Notes: generated by a model from the letters alone, not told the origin. 61,993 nt of DNA from an uncultured Bacteroidota bacterium (GCA_903872185.1 CAIQJL010000092.1:1-61993); one strand, 5' to 3'; positions 18,880 to 29,097 are shown, counted from the first letter of the stretch. Translations and numbers: made by a program.

Positions 18880-21540
18880 CTATTCAATTTTTGAAATTCG
18901 TTTTGAAATAACTCTTATTCCATCATCTATTGATAGAAAATATACCCCTGCATTACAACCGGATAGATTAAGCTGTGTTAAACTTATTCCTTTAGAAATT
19001 TCTTGCGATAAAACCCTCTTTCCTAAAACGTTATAAATACTTATTACAGCGTTATTCTCTTTAACTGTAGAAAACTCAATGTTAATATAATCTGTTGTTG
19101 GATTAGGATAAATAAGAATTTCATCATTAATTTCATTTACAGTTTCAGGCATAGAAGTTATTGTTGAGCTATCCCATTTATATATTCCACCATCCGTTGA
19201 ACTCACATTAAATCCACCAGCCCATCCAGTGTTATAATCATAAAAAGAAACTGTTGTATATTGAACAGAACCTGTATCTATATCAAGAAAAGAAGCACAA
19301 TCATTTATACTATATGAAGAACCAGGTGTTGTTGTAGCTGTGCTTAAACTAGCGCTTACATCAACCCACATTGAAGTAGTTCCTGGCACAAAATCAATAT
19401 CTGGTGACTTAACATAAAATCCGGTAGGAGTAACTGCTGTCCAAGTTGCACCACCATCAACGGTTTTTTTCATTCCCAAATAAGTATAAGGTGATGCGTT
19501 CTGAGTTCCTGTAACAAATCCCACACTAGCATTTTTAAATACCGGTTTTGCAATTGCTGATGTTCCTAAACCAGTTGCTGAAACTGTCCACGTTAACCCT
19601 TTATCGCTTGATTTATAAACCCGGCCACTTGAAGTTCCAAACCATATTGTATTTCCAAATGCATCATATAAATTTGTAATACTTGCTTCGCCAGATAAAC
19701 AATTTGGAAGAGTTGCAACAGGAACCTGTGTCCATGTTGTACCTCCATTTGCAGTGGTATAAATAACAAAATCAGTTCCTGCAGGGTCACCCATACAAAC
19801 ACCATCATTTGCATTAAAAAAATGCACTAAATCTAACCAACTAGTTGAAAAACTTGGTGAATTTGCAATTGACCAAGTATTTCCTGCATCAACAGTTTTT
19901 GCAATAACACCACCGGTTGTTCCGGTTGGAAACATTGCTGCAAAACAAACACTATCATCAAAAGCAAAGATATTCGCAACACCATAGTTAGTAGCATTTG
20001 TAAAATTTATAACGCCAGGAGTCCATGTAATTCCACCATTTACTGTTCGTGTAAATTCTCTTACATAAGTTGTTCCGCCTGATCCATCAAATGCTTTTGC
20101 CCAAACGGTATAAGGATTTACAATAAACACCTGATCAATTCCTCTTGATGCAGTAGCGAAACCAGTATTTTGCTTAATCCAGGCTGAAGGCGTACCCCCA
20201 ACATTAATATATGAACTTCTTGTTTTTGTATCTGAACCTGTACCATTTGTTACAGTTAATGATACAAGATACAGTCCTGCTGTATTATAAGTAACAGTTG
20301 GGAATTGTACTGTTGAAGTTGAAGGTGTTCCACCATCAAAAGTCCAGCTCCATGAAATTGGGCTATTTGTTGAGTTATCTGTAAAATTTACTGTACCAGC
20401 AACTGGTGGCGTTACATTATCAGCTACAAAATCTGCTAATGGCGCACTTGATGGTGGTTTAATTCTAATTACCGCAGAATTATCAAGATTAAAAGTATCG
20501 CCAATTGGATTTAAACTGCCAATTGCAAAATACCCATTTGCCATTCCATCCCATCCCCAATTAAAATGAAATTGGTTAGTTGTATTATAACCATCGCATA
20601 CAAAAGCATGACCACCTTGAGGGCCGGTACCTGAATAATAAATTGGATGAGAGTTGTCAAGTTCACCTTTTAACATTGTAATCCAATTCGCTGAAGTAAA
20701 ATCTGCAAGAAATTTTATCTCCGCACTTGTCGAATAATTAAAATAGCTAATCAACGCACTTGGCACATCAAAAGAATATGCTCCCGATGCACTTGGACTA
20801 TAATCCATGTTAACAGAAACACCTGCATGATACATTATAGTGGCGACAGCAGTTTTTTGTGTTGCAGTTGAACTACCAGAATAACTATTAAGCATATTTG
20901 CCCATTGGTATGTTGTTGCGCCAAAGTTAGCTGTTAATGCACCATAGGTAGCATGAGTATATGTATGAGTTCCAACTCCAGTTGTTGGATAATTCCAATA
21001 TTTCATAATTTGAGCCATTGCAGTAGCAACACATCCAGTTACTGAACCAGAAGGACATAAATTATTGTAAGGAGAAGACTGATCCCATGTTGTTGTACAA
21101 AGTGGGTTTACAACTTGTGTTGTTTTATTAAATTGATTATTTAATATTTTATTCCATTCTTTAATGGTCTCTATATTGCTCAAATTGTTATCAACAATAA
21201 ACTTAATATGATTATTGTAACCGTCTAACCATGCAGCAGCATTACTTGGTATGTTGTTTTTATCAAATGATTCAGTTGAAGAATAGCCCAAAACAGGAGT
21301 TACAGCATCATCGGCAGAAATCATTACAAAACCACCTGATTTAAAAACAAACACATAAAATGTAGAAATCTGACCAGATTTATATTCTACTACATCGGAA
21401 ATTAAATAATCATTTGTTTTTTCTGCATAATGTTTGTAAACATTAACCGCAACAGTTTTTGCAGATTCAAGTGAGACCGATGCAGCAAAAAGCCCAAAAC
21501 TAAATGCCAGCAACAAAAAAGTAATGGAAAGTTTTTTCAT
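18880..21540 (-). CDS. C10 (streptopain-type) cysteine peptidase with PKD, BNR/YCF48-like propeller and T9SS CTD
   Basis: Propeptide; W-Q--PYN, GCVATAMAQIM (catalytic Cys), GGHAFVCDG (His); PKD WSWTFDGG; repeated T-DGG-TW; CTD IYPNP...GVYFL. Confidence 0.9.
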   Translation of the reverse strand: MKKLSITFLLLAFSFGLFAASVSLESAKTVAVNVYKHYAEKTNDYLISDVVEYKSGQISTFYVFVFKSGGFVMISADDAVTPVLGYSSTESFDKNNIPSNAAAWLDGYNNHIKFIVDNNLSNIETIKEWNKILNNQFNKTTQVVNPLCTTTWDQSSPYNNLCPSGSVTGCVATAMAQIMKYWNYPTTGVGTHTYTHATYGALTANFGATTYQWANMLNSYSGSSTATQKTAVATIMYHAGVSVNMDYSPSASGAYSFDVPSALISYFNYSTSAEIKFLADFTSANWITMLKGELDNSHPIYYSGTGPQGGHAFVCDGYNTTNQFHFNWGWDGMANGYFAIGSLNPIGDTFNLDNSAVIRIKPPSSAPLADFVADNVTPPVAGTVNFTDNSTNSPISWSWTFDGGTPSTSTVQFPTVTYNTAGLYLVSLTVTNGTGSDTKTRSSYINVGGTPSAWIKQNTGFATASRGIDQVFIVNPYTVWAKAFDGSGGTTYVREFTRTVNGGITWTPGVINFTNATNYGVANIFAFDDSVCFAAMFPTGTTGGVIAKTVDAGNTWSIANSPSFSTSWLDLVHFFNANDGVCMGDPAGTDFVIYTTANGGTTWTQVPVATLPNCLSGEASITNLYDAFGNTIWFGTSSGRVYKSSDKGLTWTVSATGLGTSAIAKPVFKNASVGFVTGTQNASPYTYLGMKKTVDGGATWTAVTPTGFYVKSPDIDFVPGTTSMWVDVSASLSTATTTPGSSYSINDCASFLDIDTGSVQYTTVSFYDYNTGWAGGFNVSSTDGGIYKWDSSTITSMPETVNEINDEILIYPNPTTDYINIEFSTVKENNAVISIYNVLGKRVLSQEISKGISLTQLNLSGCNAGVYFLSIDDGIRVISKRISKIE

Positions 21541-21568
21541 GATAATAAATTTATTGGTTACAGTTAAT

Positions 21569-21576
21569 CAAAGATA
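21569..21576 (-). promoter_or_regulatory. Bacteroidota -7 element
   Basis: TATCTTTG on the minus strand, upstream of the C10 gene. Confidence 0.5.
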
Positions 21577-21745
21577 TTTAAAATTTGAACAGTGAACATT
21601 TTTTGAGTAAGAATTTTAAATCAGACCTAAAGACTGAACTTTTGGTTGCATTTATAAAATAAAAAGATAAAACAACAAAATTTTACAAATGACCAATATA
21701 TGATTAGCGATTTAGAGTTTACAATAATCGCTGTATTTAATAAGC

Positions 21746-22288
21746 TTATTTTTCGTCAATAAAATAAAGTTTATTGTCTTCAACTTTATAATACAAAGGA
21801 GCAATTATTACTTTTGGATATCTAAGTCTTAAACGCATTGTCTCACTAATAATAAAATCTGTTTCGCTACCTATTTCAAACAAAGGTGCATAGTGCATAA
21901 AATGCTCTTCGGCTTTTTCCCTTTCCCAACCTGCTGTTTCAACAAGACCATTAATAAATTCATTTTTACGTGATACTAAATTTACCATTCCACAATGATT
22001 ATGAGCAATAAGTACAATATAACCAACTTCTCCAACAGCGATAGCATAAGAAACTTTAAATTCACTATGTCGTAAATTTGCACCTCCTGAACGAATAATA
22101 AATGCAAAGTTATCGGGCATATGTAAATGTTTGCGATTATCCATACACATTCCTACCAAAAGCTGGGCTTTTTCATAATTAATTTGTGATCTGTTTAAAT
22201 TATGATATTCTAATAATAAGCCAATTGGCGTTTGCCTATACTCTGGAAGTATATCTTCTATCGAATTTACGGATATTAAATTTTTCAA
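21746..22288 (-). CDS. Beta-class carbonic anhydrase-like protein
   Basis: Zn ligand motifs C-x-D-x-R (GMCMDNR) and H-x-x-C (AHNHCGM); IIRSGGAN. Confidence 0.75.
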   Translation of the reverse strand: MKNLISVNSIEDILPEYRQTPIGLLLEYHNLNRSQINYEKAQLLVGMCMDNRKHLHMPDNFAFIIRSGGANLRHSEFKVSYAIAVGEVGYIVLIAHNHCGMVNLVSRKNEFINGLVETAGWEREKAEEHFMHYAPLFEIGSETDFIISETMRLRLRYPKVIIAPLYYKVEDNKLYFIDEK

Positions 22289-22317
22289 AAGCTGAATTTT
22301 ATTAATTTATAATCAAT

Positions 22318-22779
22318 TTATGAAGCTTTTGTTGAAAAAACAATGCCTTCTTCTTTTTTTTCTGCTTCATAAACTCTTCCCCATTTTATCATTACCCAAA
22401 TACGTTCGTGAAAATAGAAAAGAATAATTTTTGTAATTATTTCTGAGAACCCTAACTTAAATGCACCAACCCATTTCCCTGTTACAAACCATGATAAGAT
22501 AGTGGAATCTACAGAGCCAACTAATCTCCATGATATGCCTTTTACAAAACTACGCCAATGTGCAACTTTACCTTCATTATATCTACCTAACTTAATAACA
22601 TTCCAAAGTCTTTCGTGTAGAAAATACAAGAATATTTTAGTCATTAACTCCATTGCTGCTATTGATCCTGCATGTTTTACATTATCAAAAATAAACCAGG
22701 ATAGCAAAAATGTATCTATTGAACCGAAAAACCTCCAGCTCACACCCTTAACTATGCTTCTTAAATTTGTATCTCTCAT
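22318..22779 (-). CDS. Membrane protein with two DUF2061 repeats
   Basis: Two copies of K..SWR..GS.D......WF...E..TK...Y.HER.W. Confidence 0.85.
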   Translation of the reverse strand: MRDTNLRSIVKGVSWRFFGSIDTFLLSWFIFDNVKHAGSIAAMELMTKIFLYFLHERLWNVIKLGRYNEGKVAHWRSFVKGISWRLVGSVDSTILSWFVTGKWVGAFKLGFSEIITKIILFYFHERIWVMIKWGRVYEAEKKEEGIVFSTKAS

Positions 22780-22799
22780 TCAAATATTTAAATATGTAG

Positions 22800-22807
22800 C
22801 AAAGATA
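22800..22807 (-). promoter_or_regulatory. Bacteroidota -7 element
   Basis: TATCTTTG on the minus strand, 20 nt upstream of the DUF2061 ATG. Confidence 0.55.
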
Positions 22808-22861
22808 TTATAAATATTTGAATAGTCCATAAGGGCTATAGAATAGGTAATAAATTATTAT

Positions 22862-23227
22862 TTAATTTTCGTTAAGATCCTTTACAATAAGGCAATATCC
22901 ACCTTCAAGAATTAAATAACCATAATCGTAGCAAAAATAATAAGCACTTCCTTTTTTTGTAGTATAAATATGAGTGAAATATGTAAAGTTGAAACCCTTA
23001 TTAATTAGATTTTCTCGAGAAATTTTAGTTTTTTTATTTTCAGTACAATTCAAAAGTATTTTTCTGTTCTTACGCAATAAGTTATTTACATTACGCATTA
23101 ATGCAGTGACATCGCTATGGGCTTTGTTATTATATGAGTTACGACAGGCATCTGAACAAAATTTTTGATCGGCTCTTCCATGAAGAGTATCACTACATTC
23201 AAGACATTTTCGTTGAGTATTCTCCAT
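22862..23227 (-). CDS. Zn-ribbon (DUF2116-type) protein
   Basis: CLEC...GRADQKFCSDACRNSYNN. Start moved to ATG 23227 because the ORF-track start overlaps pepA by over 120 nt. Confidence 0.75.
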   Translation of the reverse strand: MENTQRKCLECSDTLHGRADQKFCSDACRNSYNNKAHSDVTALMRNVNNLLRKNRKILLNCTENKKTKISRENLINKGFNFTYFTHIYTTKKGSAYYFCYDYGYLILEGGYCLIVKDLNEN

Positions 23228-23238
23228 ACAAAACAAGT

Positions 23239-24675
23239 TTATTTTTGAATAATTCTGGTAAAAAAATCGAAAAATAATCTTACTCCAACCGCTGTTCCAC
23301 CATGTCCTCGATATGAATCCTTTGAATTTGCAAAGGCAGTACCCGCAATATCCAGGTGTATCCATGGATATTCAGTAAATTTCTCTAAAAACTTAGCTGC
23401 TGTAATAGCTCCAGCATATTTTCCACCTACATTTTTTAAATCTGCAATTTTTGATTCTATCATTTCGGCATAGTCATCCCATAATGGAAATTGAACTAAT
23501 CTCTCATAAGTTTCATTACCCGACTGCTCTAGTTTAGAATATAATTCATCGGCATCTTTAGAAAATGCAACCGAAGCAACTTTACCAATTGCAGCAATTG
23601 CCGAACCTGTTAAAGTTGCAATATCAATAACTAACATTGGGTTATATCTTTTTGCATAACATAATGCATCGGCAAGTATCATTCTTCCCTCGGCATCTGC
23701 ATTAAGCATTTCTACAGTAGTTTTATTCATCATTGTTATGATGTCGCCAGGAGCATATGCATTACCAGATGGGCGATTATCTGTTGCTGGTATTAATCCT
23801 ACAATATGAATTGGCAATTTTGCTTTTGCTGCGGCATACAATGCACCTGCAACTGAAGCTGCACCACTCATGTCACATTTCATATAATCCATACTATCGC
23901 CAGTTGGCTTTAAACTTAATCCTCCCGAATCATACACTACTCCTTTTCCAACAAGAACAATAGGACTGTCATTAATAAACCGTTTTGGTTTCCATTCCAT
24001 AACGGTAAAAGTAGGAGGATCAACACTGCCCATATTAACAGCTAACAAACCACCCATTTTCAATTCAGTAATTTTTTTCTTATCAAAAACTTTCACTGTA
24101 AAACCTGCTTCTTTTCCCATCTTTTCAATTTCTGATGAGAGCTGTTCTGCGTTAAGTGAATTAACAGGTTCGTTAACTAAATCACGAGAAATAGCTACTG
24201 CTTGAATTACATATTTTAGATGTTCCCATTTCTTCTTATTAGGATTTAACGAAACAATTATTGCTTTTTTTAAATTATTAGTTTTCTTTTCTGTTAAATA
24301 TTTATCGAATTTATATGAACTAAGCAATAGTCCCTCTACAAACGCAATCAAAAAATCCTCATTACCAATCAAATCAACTATCAGTATTTCTTTTTCCTCA
24401 TTTTCTTTTAGACAAAATTGCAATTTGTTTGCTAATTTTCTTAAATCCTCTTTTACTTGCCAATCTGTTTTTTTTATGTCAATAACTCTGAAATAACTCC
24501 AGTAAGAATAAGCATTTATCTCTATTGCTTTTTTATCATTCTTAATTTCATCTTTCAAAAATTTTAATTCTGGTTTAGAGAGATTTAAACTAGATAGATT
24601 TGTGTCTTTCTTAATCAAGTACACAACACTTTTTTGATTTGCAATTTCAACAGCAAAAGAAATTTCTGGTATCAT
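23239..24675 (-). CDS. pepA: Leucyl aminopeptidase (M17)
   Basis: GKGVVYDSGGLSLK, MKCDMSGAA, NADAEGRMILAD, DIATLTGS, WIHLDIAG. Confidence 0.93.
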   Translation of the reverse strand: MIPEISFAVEIANQKSVVYLIKKDTNLSSLNLSKPELKFLKDEIKNDKKAIEINAYSYWSYFRVIDIKKTDWQVKEDLRKLANKLQFCLKENEEKEILIVDLIGNEDFLIAFVEGLLLSSYKFDKYLTEKKTNNLKKAIIVSLNPNKKKWEHLKYVIQAVAISRDLVNEPVNSLNAEQLSSEIEKMGKEAGFTVKVFDKKKITELKMGGLLAVNMGSVDPPTFTVMEWKPKRFINDSPIVLVGKGVVYDSGGLSLKPTGDSMDYMKCDMSGAASVAGALYAAAKAKLPIHIVGLIPATDNRPSGNAYAPGDIITMMNKTTVEMLNADAEGRMILADALCYAKRYNPMLVIDIATLTGSAIAAIGKVASVAFSKDADELYSKLEQSGNETYERLVQFPLWDDYAEMIESKIADLKNVGGKYAGAITAAKFLEKFTEYPWIHLDIAGTAFANSKDSYRGHGGTAVGVRLFFDFFTRIIQK

Positions 24676-24768
24676 ATTAAAATTATTTATGGGTTAAAAA
24701 TAAGCAATTATTAATTAGTTCGGCTTTCAATTTCTAAAAACTATAAATATCTAAATAAACAAATCTAC

Positions 24769-24776
24769 TATCTTTG
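24769..24776 (+). promoter_or_regulatory. Bacteroidota -7 element
   Basis: TATCTTTG; it overlaps the ORF-track TTG start, which favours ATG 24783. Confidence 0.5.
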
Positions 24777-24782
24777 CAGCAA

Positions 24783-25664
24783 ATGATAAATCTCAAATCT
24801 TTATTCAAGATATTTTTAATTTTATTAATTGCCGCTACTGCTTTTGCAAGTGTAAGTACCCACCATAAGCCTACTCTAAAACAAACTTATAAAGCAGTTA
24901 AAAAAATTATTTGGAAGGAAATAGAACGAGGATTGTACTTTGCAGAATTTGATGCTCCTTTAAAATCAGTTGTTGGTGATTCAAAATTATCAATATTAAA
25001 AATAGATCCTAATTACTATTCATTTGAATTAATGGCTGCAACTGAATATGATAGCTTAAGACGTACAGTAGAACAATGGAGCCTTGACTTTAATCTAGTT
25101 GCAGTTGTAAATGCTGGTATGTTTAACCTTTCTGATCACTATACTGGTTCTGGATATTTTTGTAATTATGCTCACGTTAACAATGGAAGAATAAGAGAAA
25201 ACTTTCGAGCAATGGCATTGTTTAATCCAAAATCTAAAAAGTTTCCCGCAGTTAATATTGTTGATATGGAGACAGAAAATTGGGAATTTCTTAGAGAAAA
25301 TTATAATTCAGCTTTTCAAGACATAAGAATGATTGATTGTAATCAAAAACAAGTTTTATGGAAACCAAGAAGACCCATTTCTAGCAGTATGTGTGTGTTA
25401 GGAACAGATAAAAAAGGAAATGTTTTATTTGTTTTTACCAGATCGCCCTACACTGCAAATACTATGAGCAAATTTTTATTGAGCTTACCGTTAAATATTT
25501 TCAGTGTAATGTATTTAGATGGTGGTCCGGAATCTTCATTATATGTAAATGCAGGCGATACAATTATTGAAAAAGTTGGAAGTTGGGTTTCGCCTGGATA
25601 TGCAAACGATGACAATAATTATTTTTGGGAATTACCCAATGTTATTGGGGTTAAAAGGAAATAA
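24783..25664 (+). CDS. Phosphodiester glycosidase (NAGPA-like) family exported protein
   Basis: Signal peptide; VVNAGMF; MYLDGGPES motif; PNVIGV end. Confidence 0.7.
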   Translation: MINLKSLFKIFLILLIAATAFASVSTHHKPTLKQTYKAVKKIIWKEIERGLYFAEFDAPLKSVVGDSKLSILKIDPNYYSFELMAATEYDSLRRTVEQWSLDFNLVAVVNAGMFNLSDHYTGSGYFCNYAHVNNGRIRENFRAMALFNPKSKKFPAVNIVDMETENWEFLRENYNSAFQDIRMIDCNQKQVLWKPRRPISSSMCVLGTDKKGNVLFVFTRSPYTANTMSKFLLSLPLNIFSVMYLDGGPESSLYVNAGDTIIEKVGSWVSPGYANDDNNYFWELPNVIGVKRK

Positions 25665-25701
25665 TAGAAAGATTTAAATTATCTATTATTATATTTACAT
25701 T

Positions 25702-26313
25702 ATGGAAAATATGGAATTTAAATCATCGCCCGAAATACAGGAAAAACTTTCAACTTATGGAACAGTTAAAGCATTTAGCGAAGGTGATATTATTTTAAAT
25801 GAGAACGCATACATAAACGTAATACCTATTGTTATAAAGGGAAGTATTAAAGTTCTTCGCACTGATGAAGATGGGCGTGAAATTTTACTTTATTATATAA
25901 AATCTGGAGAAAGTTGTATAATGTCGATTTTTGGAGGAATTCACAATGATACCAGCAAAGTAAAAGTTGTTGCCGAAGAGGAAACAGAAATTTTATTTAT
26001 TCCAATTGATAAAGTTAGCTTGCTTATTAAGGACTATCCTGAATGGGTTGATTATATTTTCAGATTATACCATAAACGATTTGAAGAATTACTGGAAGTA
26101 GTAAATGCAGTTGCATTTAAAAAAATGGACGAAAGGCTACTAAACTTACTTCAAAAAAAATGTGAGTTGGCAAATAATAAAACTATTTCAGTCACTCATG
26201 ATCAACTTTCAAATGAGCTAGGAACCGCAAGAGTAGTAGTGTCCCGACTACTTAAGCAAATGGAAAACGAAAATCTTGTACTGCTAGGTAGAAATAAAAT
26301 TACCCTTATGTAA
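25702..26313 (+). CDS. Crp/Fnr family transcriptional regulator
   Basis: cNMP-binding-like N-terminus (LYYIKSGESCIMS); HTH THDQLSNELGTARVVVSRLLK; no FNR-type N-terminal Cys cluster. Confidence 0.92.
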   Translation: MENMEFKSSPEIQEKLSTYGTVKAFSEGDIILNENAYINVIPIVIKGSIKVLRTDEDGREILLYYIKSGESCIMSIFGGIHNDTSKVKVVAEEETEILFIPIDKVSLLIKDYPEWVDYIFRLYHKRFEELLEVVNAVAFKKMDERLLNLLQKKCELANNKTISVTHDQLSNELGTARVVVSRLLKQMENENLVLLGRNKITLM

Positions 26314-26389
26314 CAAAAGTAGCTGTACTCAATATTTTTATGTTTGACCTTTGCAGTGTATATAATTAAACACTAAAAAAATCAACTAT

Positions 26390-26614
26390 ATGAAAATTAA
26401 CATGGGTACAATCGACAGAGTTGCAAGAATTCTTGTAGCAGTCGCAATAGGAATTGCTTACTTTACAAATATTATTTCAGGAACTTTAGCAATTGTTCTA
26501 TTAGTTTTTGCATCAATCTTTATTCTCACAAGTTTAATTAGTTTTTGTCCGTTATACCTACCTTTAGGTATTTCTACAAGAAAAAAAGAAACTAAAACTA
26601 ATAATGTAATATGA
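26390..26614 (+). CDS. DUF2892 (YgaP-like) membrane protein
   Basis: NMGTIDRVARI...FCPLYLPLGIST. Confidence 0.9.
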   Translation: MKINMGTIDRVARILVAVAIGIAYFTNIISGTLAIVLLVFASIFILTSLISFCPLYLPLGISTRKKETKTNNVI

Positions 26615-28302
26615 AATATTTAATTGTTGGTGCTGTTGCAGGTGGAGCAAGTACAGCTGCCAGATTAAGAAGAAACGATGAAAATTCAGAAATCGTTATT
26701 TTTGAAAAAGGCGAATATATCTCTTATGCTAATTGCGGCTTACCATATTATATAGGTAATGTAATAAAAAACAGAAATGCATTGTTTGTTCAAACCGCAG
26801 CTTCGTTTAATAAACGCTTTAATATTGATGTTAGAACAATGACAGAGGTTACTGCAATTAACCCTACAACAAAAACCATTACGGCAAAAAACCATACTAC
26901 AGGAGAAATTTATGAAGAAAGTTACGATAAATTAGTTTTATCTCCAGGCGCAGAACCTATTCGCCCACCTTTACCTGGTATTTCTAATGAAGGAATTTTC
27001 ACTTTAAGAAATGTTGCAGATACCGATTATATAAAAAGTTTTGTTCAACAAAAAGAAGTTAAAAAAGCTGTTGTAATTGGTGCTGGATTTATTGGCTTGG
27101 AAATGGCTGAAAACCTTCACGAGCTTGGTCTTGATGTTACAATTGTTGAAATGAGTAATCAGGTTTTAGCACCAGTAGATTACCCGATAGCCGCTATTTT
27201 ACAACAACATATACGTTCAAAAGGTGTTCAAATCAGATTAAGTACAACCGTAAGTGGTTTCGAGAAAACTGAAAATAATTTAAAAGTCCTATTAAAAGAT
27301 GGAGATATTATAGATGCAGACGTTGTTATTCTTTCAATTGGTGTAAAACCTGACACAAAACTTGCAATACAAGCCGGATTAAAAATTGGTGATGCAAAAG
27401 GAATTTGGGTTAATGAATTTTTACAAACATCAAATCCTGATATTTATGCAGTCGGCGATGCTATAGAGTTTAATAATCCGATAACAAATAAGTCGATGAT
27501 TACTTATTTAGCAGGACCTGCAAATAAGCAAGGACGTATATGTGCAAATAATATAGCATTTGGAAACAACCAAAAATATAACGGATCAATAAATACTGCC
27601 ATTGTAAAAGTATTTGACATGACAGTTGCAACAGCTGGCACAGCGTCAAAACATTTACATCAGGCAAATATTAAACACATTGTTTCAACAACAAATAGCG
27701 GTTCGCATGCAGGATATTATCCTGGAGCAAAACAAATGACAATTCAAATTGCATTTACTCCAGAAGATGGTAGGTTACTAAGTGCTCAAATCGTAGGTTT
27801 TGACGGCGTAGATAAACGCTTAGACATTCTAGCATCAGCAATAAAAAGAAACAGTACTATTGATGAAATTACTGAATTTGAACATGCATACGCACCTCCA
27901 TTTTCCTCGGCAAAAGATCCAGTTAATATGGCTGGTTTTGCAGCAGAAAATATTTTACAAAAAAAATCAGTAATATATTATTGGAATGAATTTGATAAAA
28001 TTACTTCTGATGATATTTTGATTGATGTTAGAACTAAAAATGAATATACTGCTGGTAAAATTTTAAATGCTATAAATATACCTGTTGATGAACTTAGAAG
28101 CAGAATTTCTGAAATCCCAAAAGATAAAAAGATTTACATTTATTGTCTTGGTGGATTAAGGGGATATTTAGCACAAAGAATTTTAACCCAAAATGGATTT
28201 ACTAGCACTTTAAATCTATCTGGCGGATACCAAATATGGGATACTTGCACAAGAGAACTAAATTTAACAAATAAAAAAGTACTCATTGATGAACTTCGTT
28301 AA
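26611..28302 (+). CDS. CoA-disulfide reductase with a C-terminal rhodanese domain (CoADR-RHD / persulfide reductase type)
   Basis: GAVAGGAS; SYANCGLPY (redox Cys); IGAGFIGLE; YAPPFS; rhodanese DVR...YCLGGLRGY. Confidence 0.92.
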   Translation: MKYLIVGAVAGGASTAARLRRNDENSEIVIFEKGEYISYANCGLPYYIGNVIKNRNALFVQTAASFNKRFNIDVRTMTEVTAINPTTKTITAKNHTTGEIYEESYDKLVLSPGAEPIRPPLPGISNEGIFTLRNVADTDYIKSFVQQKEVKKAVVIGAGFIGLEMAENLHELGLDVTIVEMSNQVLAPVDYPIAAILQQHIRSKGVQIRLSTTVSGFEKTENNLKVLLKDGDIIDADVVILSIGVKPDTKLAIQAGLKIGDAKGIWVNEFLQTSNPDIYAVGDAIEFNNPITNKSMITYLAGPANKQGRICANNIAFGNNQKYNGSINTAIVKVFDMTVATAGTASKHLHQANIKHIVSTTNSGSHAGYYPGAKQMTIQIAFTPEDGRLLSAQIVGFDGVDKRLDILASAIKRNSTIDEITEFEHAYAPPFSSAKDPVNMAGFAAENILQKKSVIYYWNEFDKITSDDILIDVRTKNEYTAGKILNAINIPVDELRSRISEIPKDKKIYIYCLGGLRGYLAQRILTQNGFTSTLNLSGGYQIWDTCTRELNLTNKKVLIDELR

Positions 28303-28498
28303 AAAATATAAATTAACAATAATTGGAATAATTGCTGGTGCAATTGCTGGTTATCTTTATTATTATTTTGTTGGGTGCGCAAGTGGAACTTGTGCCATCA
28401 CATCAAAACCAATCAATAGCACTTTATATGGAGCTATGTTAGGCGGATTATTATTAAACACTTTTAAAAAAGAACAATCAAAAACAGAAATAAAATGA
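28286..28498 (+). CDS. Small membrane protein with a GC-SGTC motif (DUF6132-like)
   Basis: GYLYYYFVGCASGTCAITSKP; two TM segments. Confidence 0.75.
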   Translation: MMNFVKKYKLTIIGIIAGAIAGYLYYYFVGCASGTCAITSKPINSTLYGAMLGGLLLNTFKKEQSKTEIK

Positions 28499-28779
28499 AT
28501 ATCGAAAAGATTATTAAAGAAAATCAAGGCACAATAGTAGATGTGCGAACACCCCAAGAATTTTTTGGAGGAAATGTTATTGGATCAATTAATGTTCCTT
28601 TACAGGAAATTGAAATGAGATTAGACGAAATTAAAAAAATGAAAACTCCTTTAGTACTCTGTTGTGCATCAGGCGCCAGAAGCAATGCTGCGTATAATTT
28701 TCTAGCTCAAAATGGTATTGATTGCTGCAATGCAGGCACCTGGTTAAATGTAAATTATTATCAATCTTTAGCTGTTTAA
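28495..28779 (+). CDS. Single-domain rhodanese
   Basis: VDVRTPQEF; active loop CCASGARS. Confidence 0.9.
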   Translation: MNIEKIIKENQGTIVDVRTPQEFFGGNVIGSINVPLQEIEMRLDEIKKMKTPLVLCCASGARSNAAYNFLAQNGIDCCNAGTWLNVNYYQSLAV

Positions 28780-28782
28780 CAA

Positions 28783-29097
28783 ATGATACAAGCAATTAAA
28801 AACATACTCGGATTTGGTCCAAAAGTAGATTATGCCGAATTAGTAAAACAAGGTGCAATAATTTTAGACGTTCGTACTAAAGGCGAATTTGACACCGGAC
28901 ACATTAAAGGATCTTTAAATATTCCTGTTAATACTTTAAGTAATAACATTAAAAAGTTTAAAGACAAAAATAAAGCAATAATAACATGTTGCGCCAGTGG
29001 ATCAAGAAGTGCAATGGCAAAAAGTGTATTAAAATCAAATGGATTTTCGCAAGTGCACAATGGCGGAAGTTGGTATAGCTTGAAAAACAAAATATAG
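28783..29097 (+). CDS. Single-domain rhodanese
   Basis: LDVRTKGEF..GHIKGS; CCASGSRS. Confidence 0.9.
   Translation: MIQAIKNILGFGPKVDYAELVKQGAIILDVRTKGEFDTGHIKGSLNIPVNTLSNNIKKFKDKNKAIITCCASGSRSAMAKSVLKSNGFSQVHNGGSWYSLKNKI

Noticed and set aside
23228-23365. N-terminal extension of the Zn-ribbon ORF
   Set aside because: Overlaps the pepA 3' end; ATG 23227 gives the family-typical start.
11220-23963. Short overlapping ORFs (11220, 11404, 16314, 18276, 19593, 22502, 22974, 23757)
   Set aside because: All are nested in well-supported CDSs and have shadow-frame composition.
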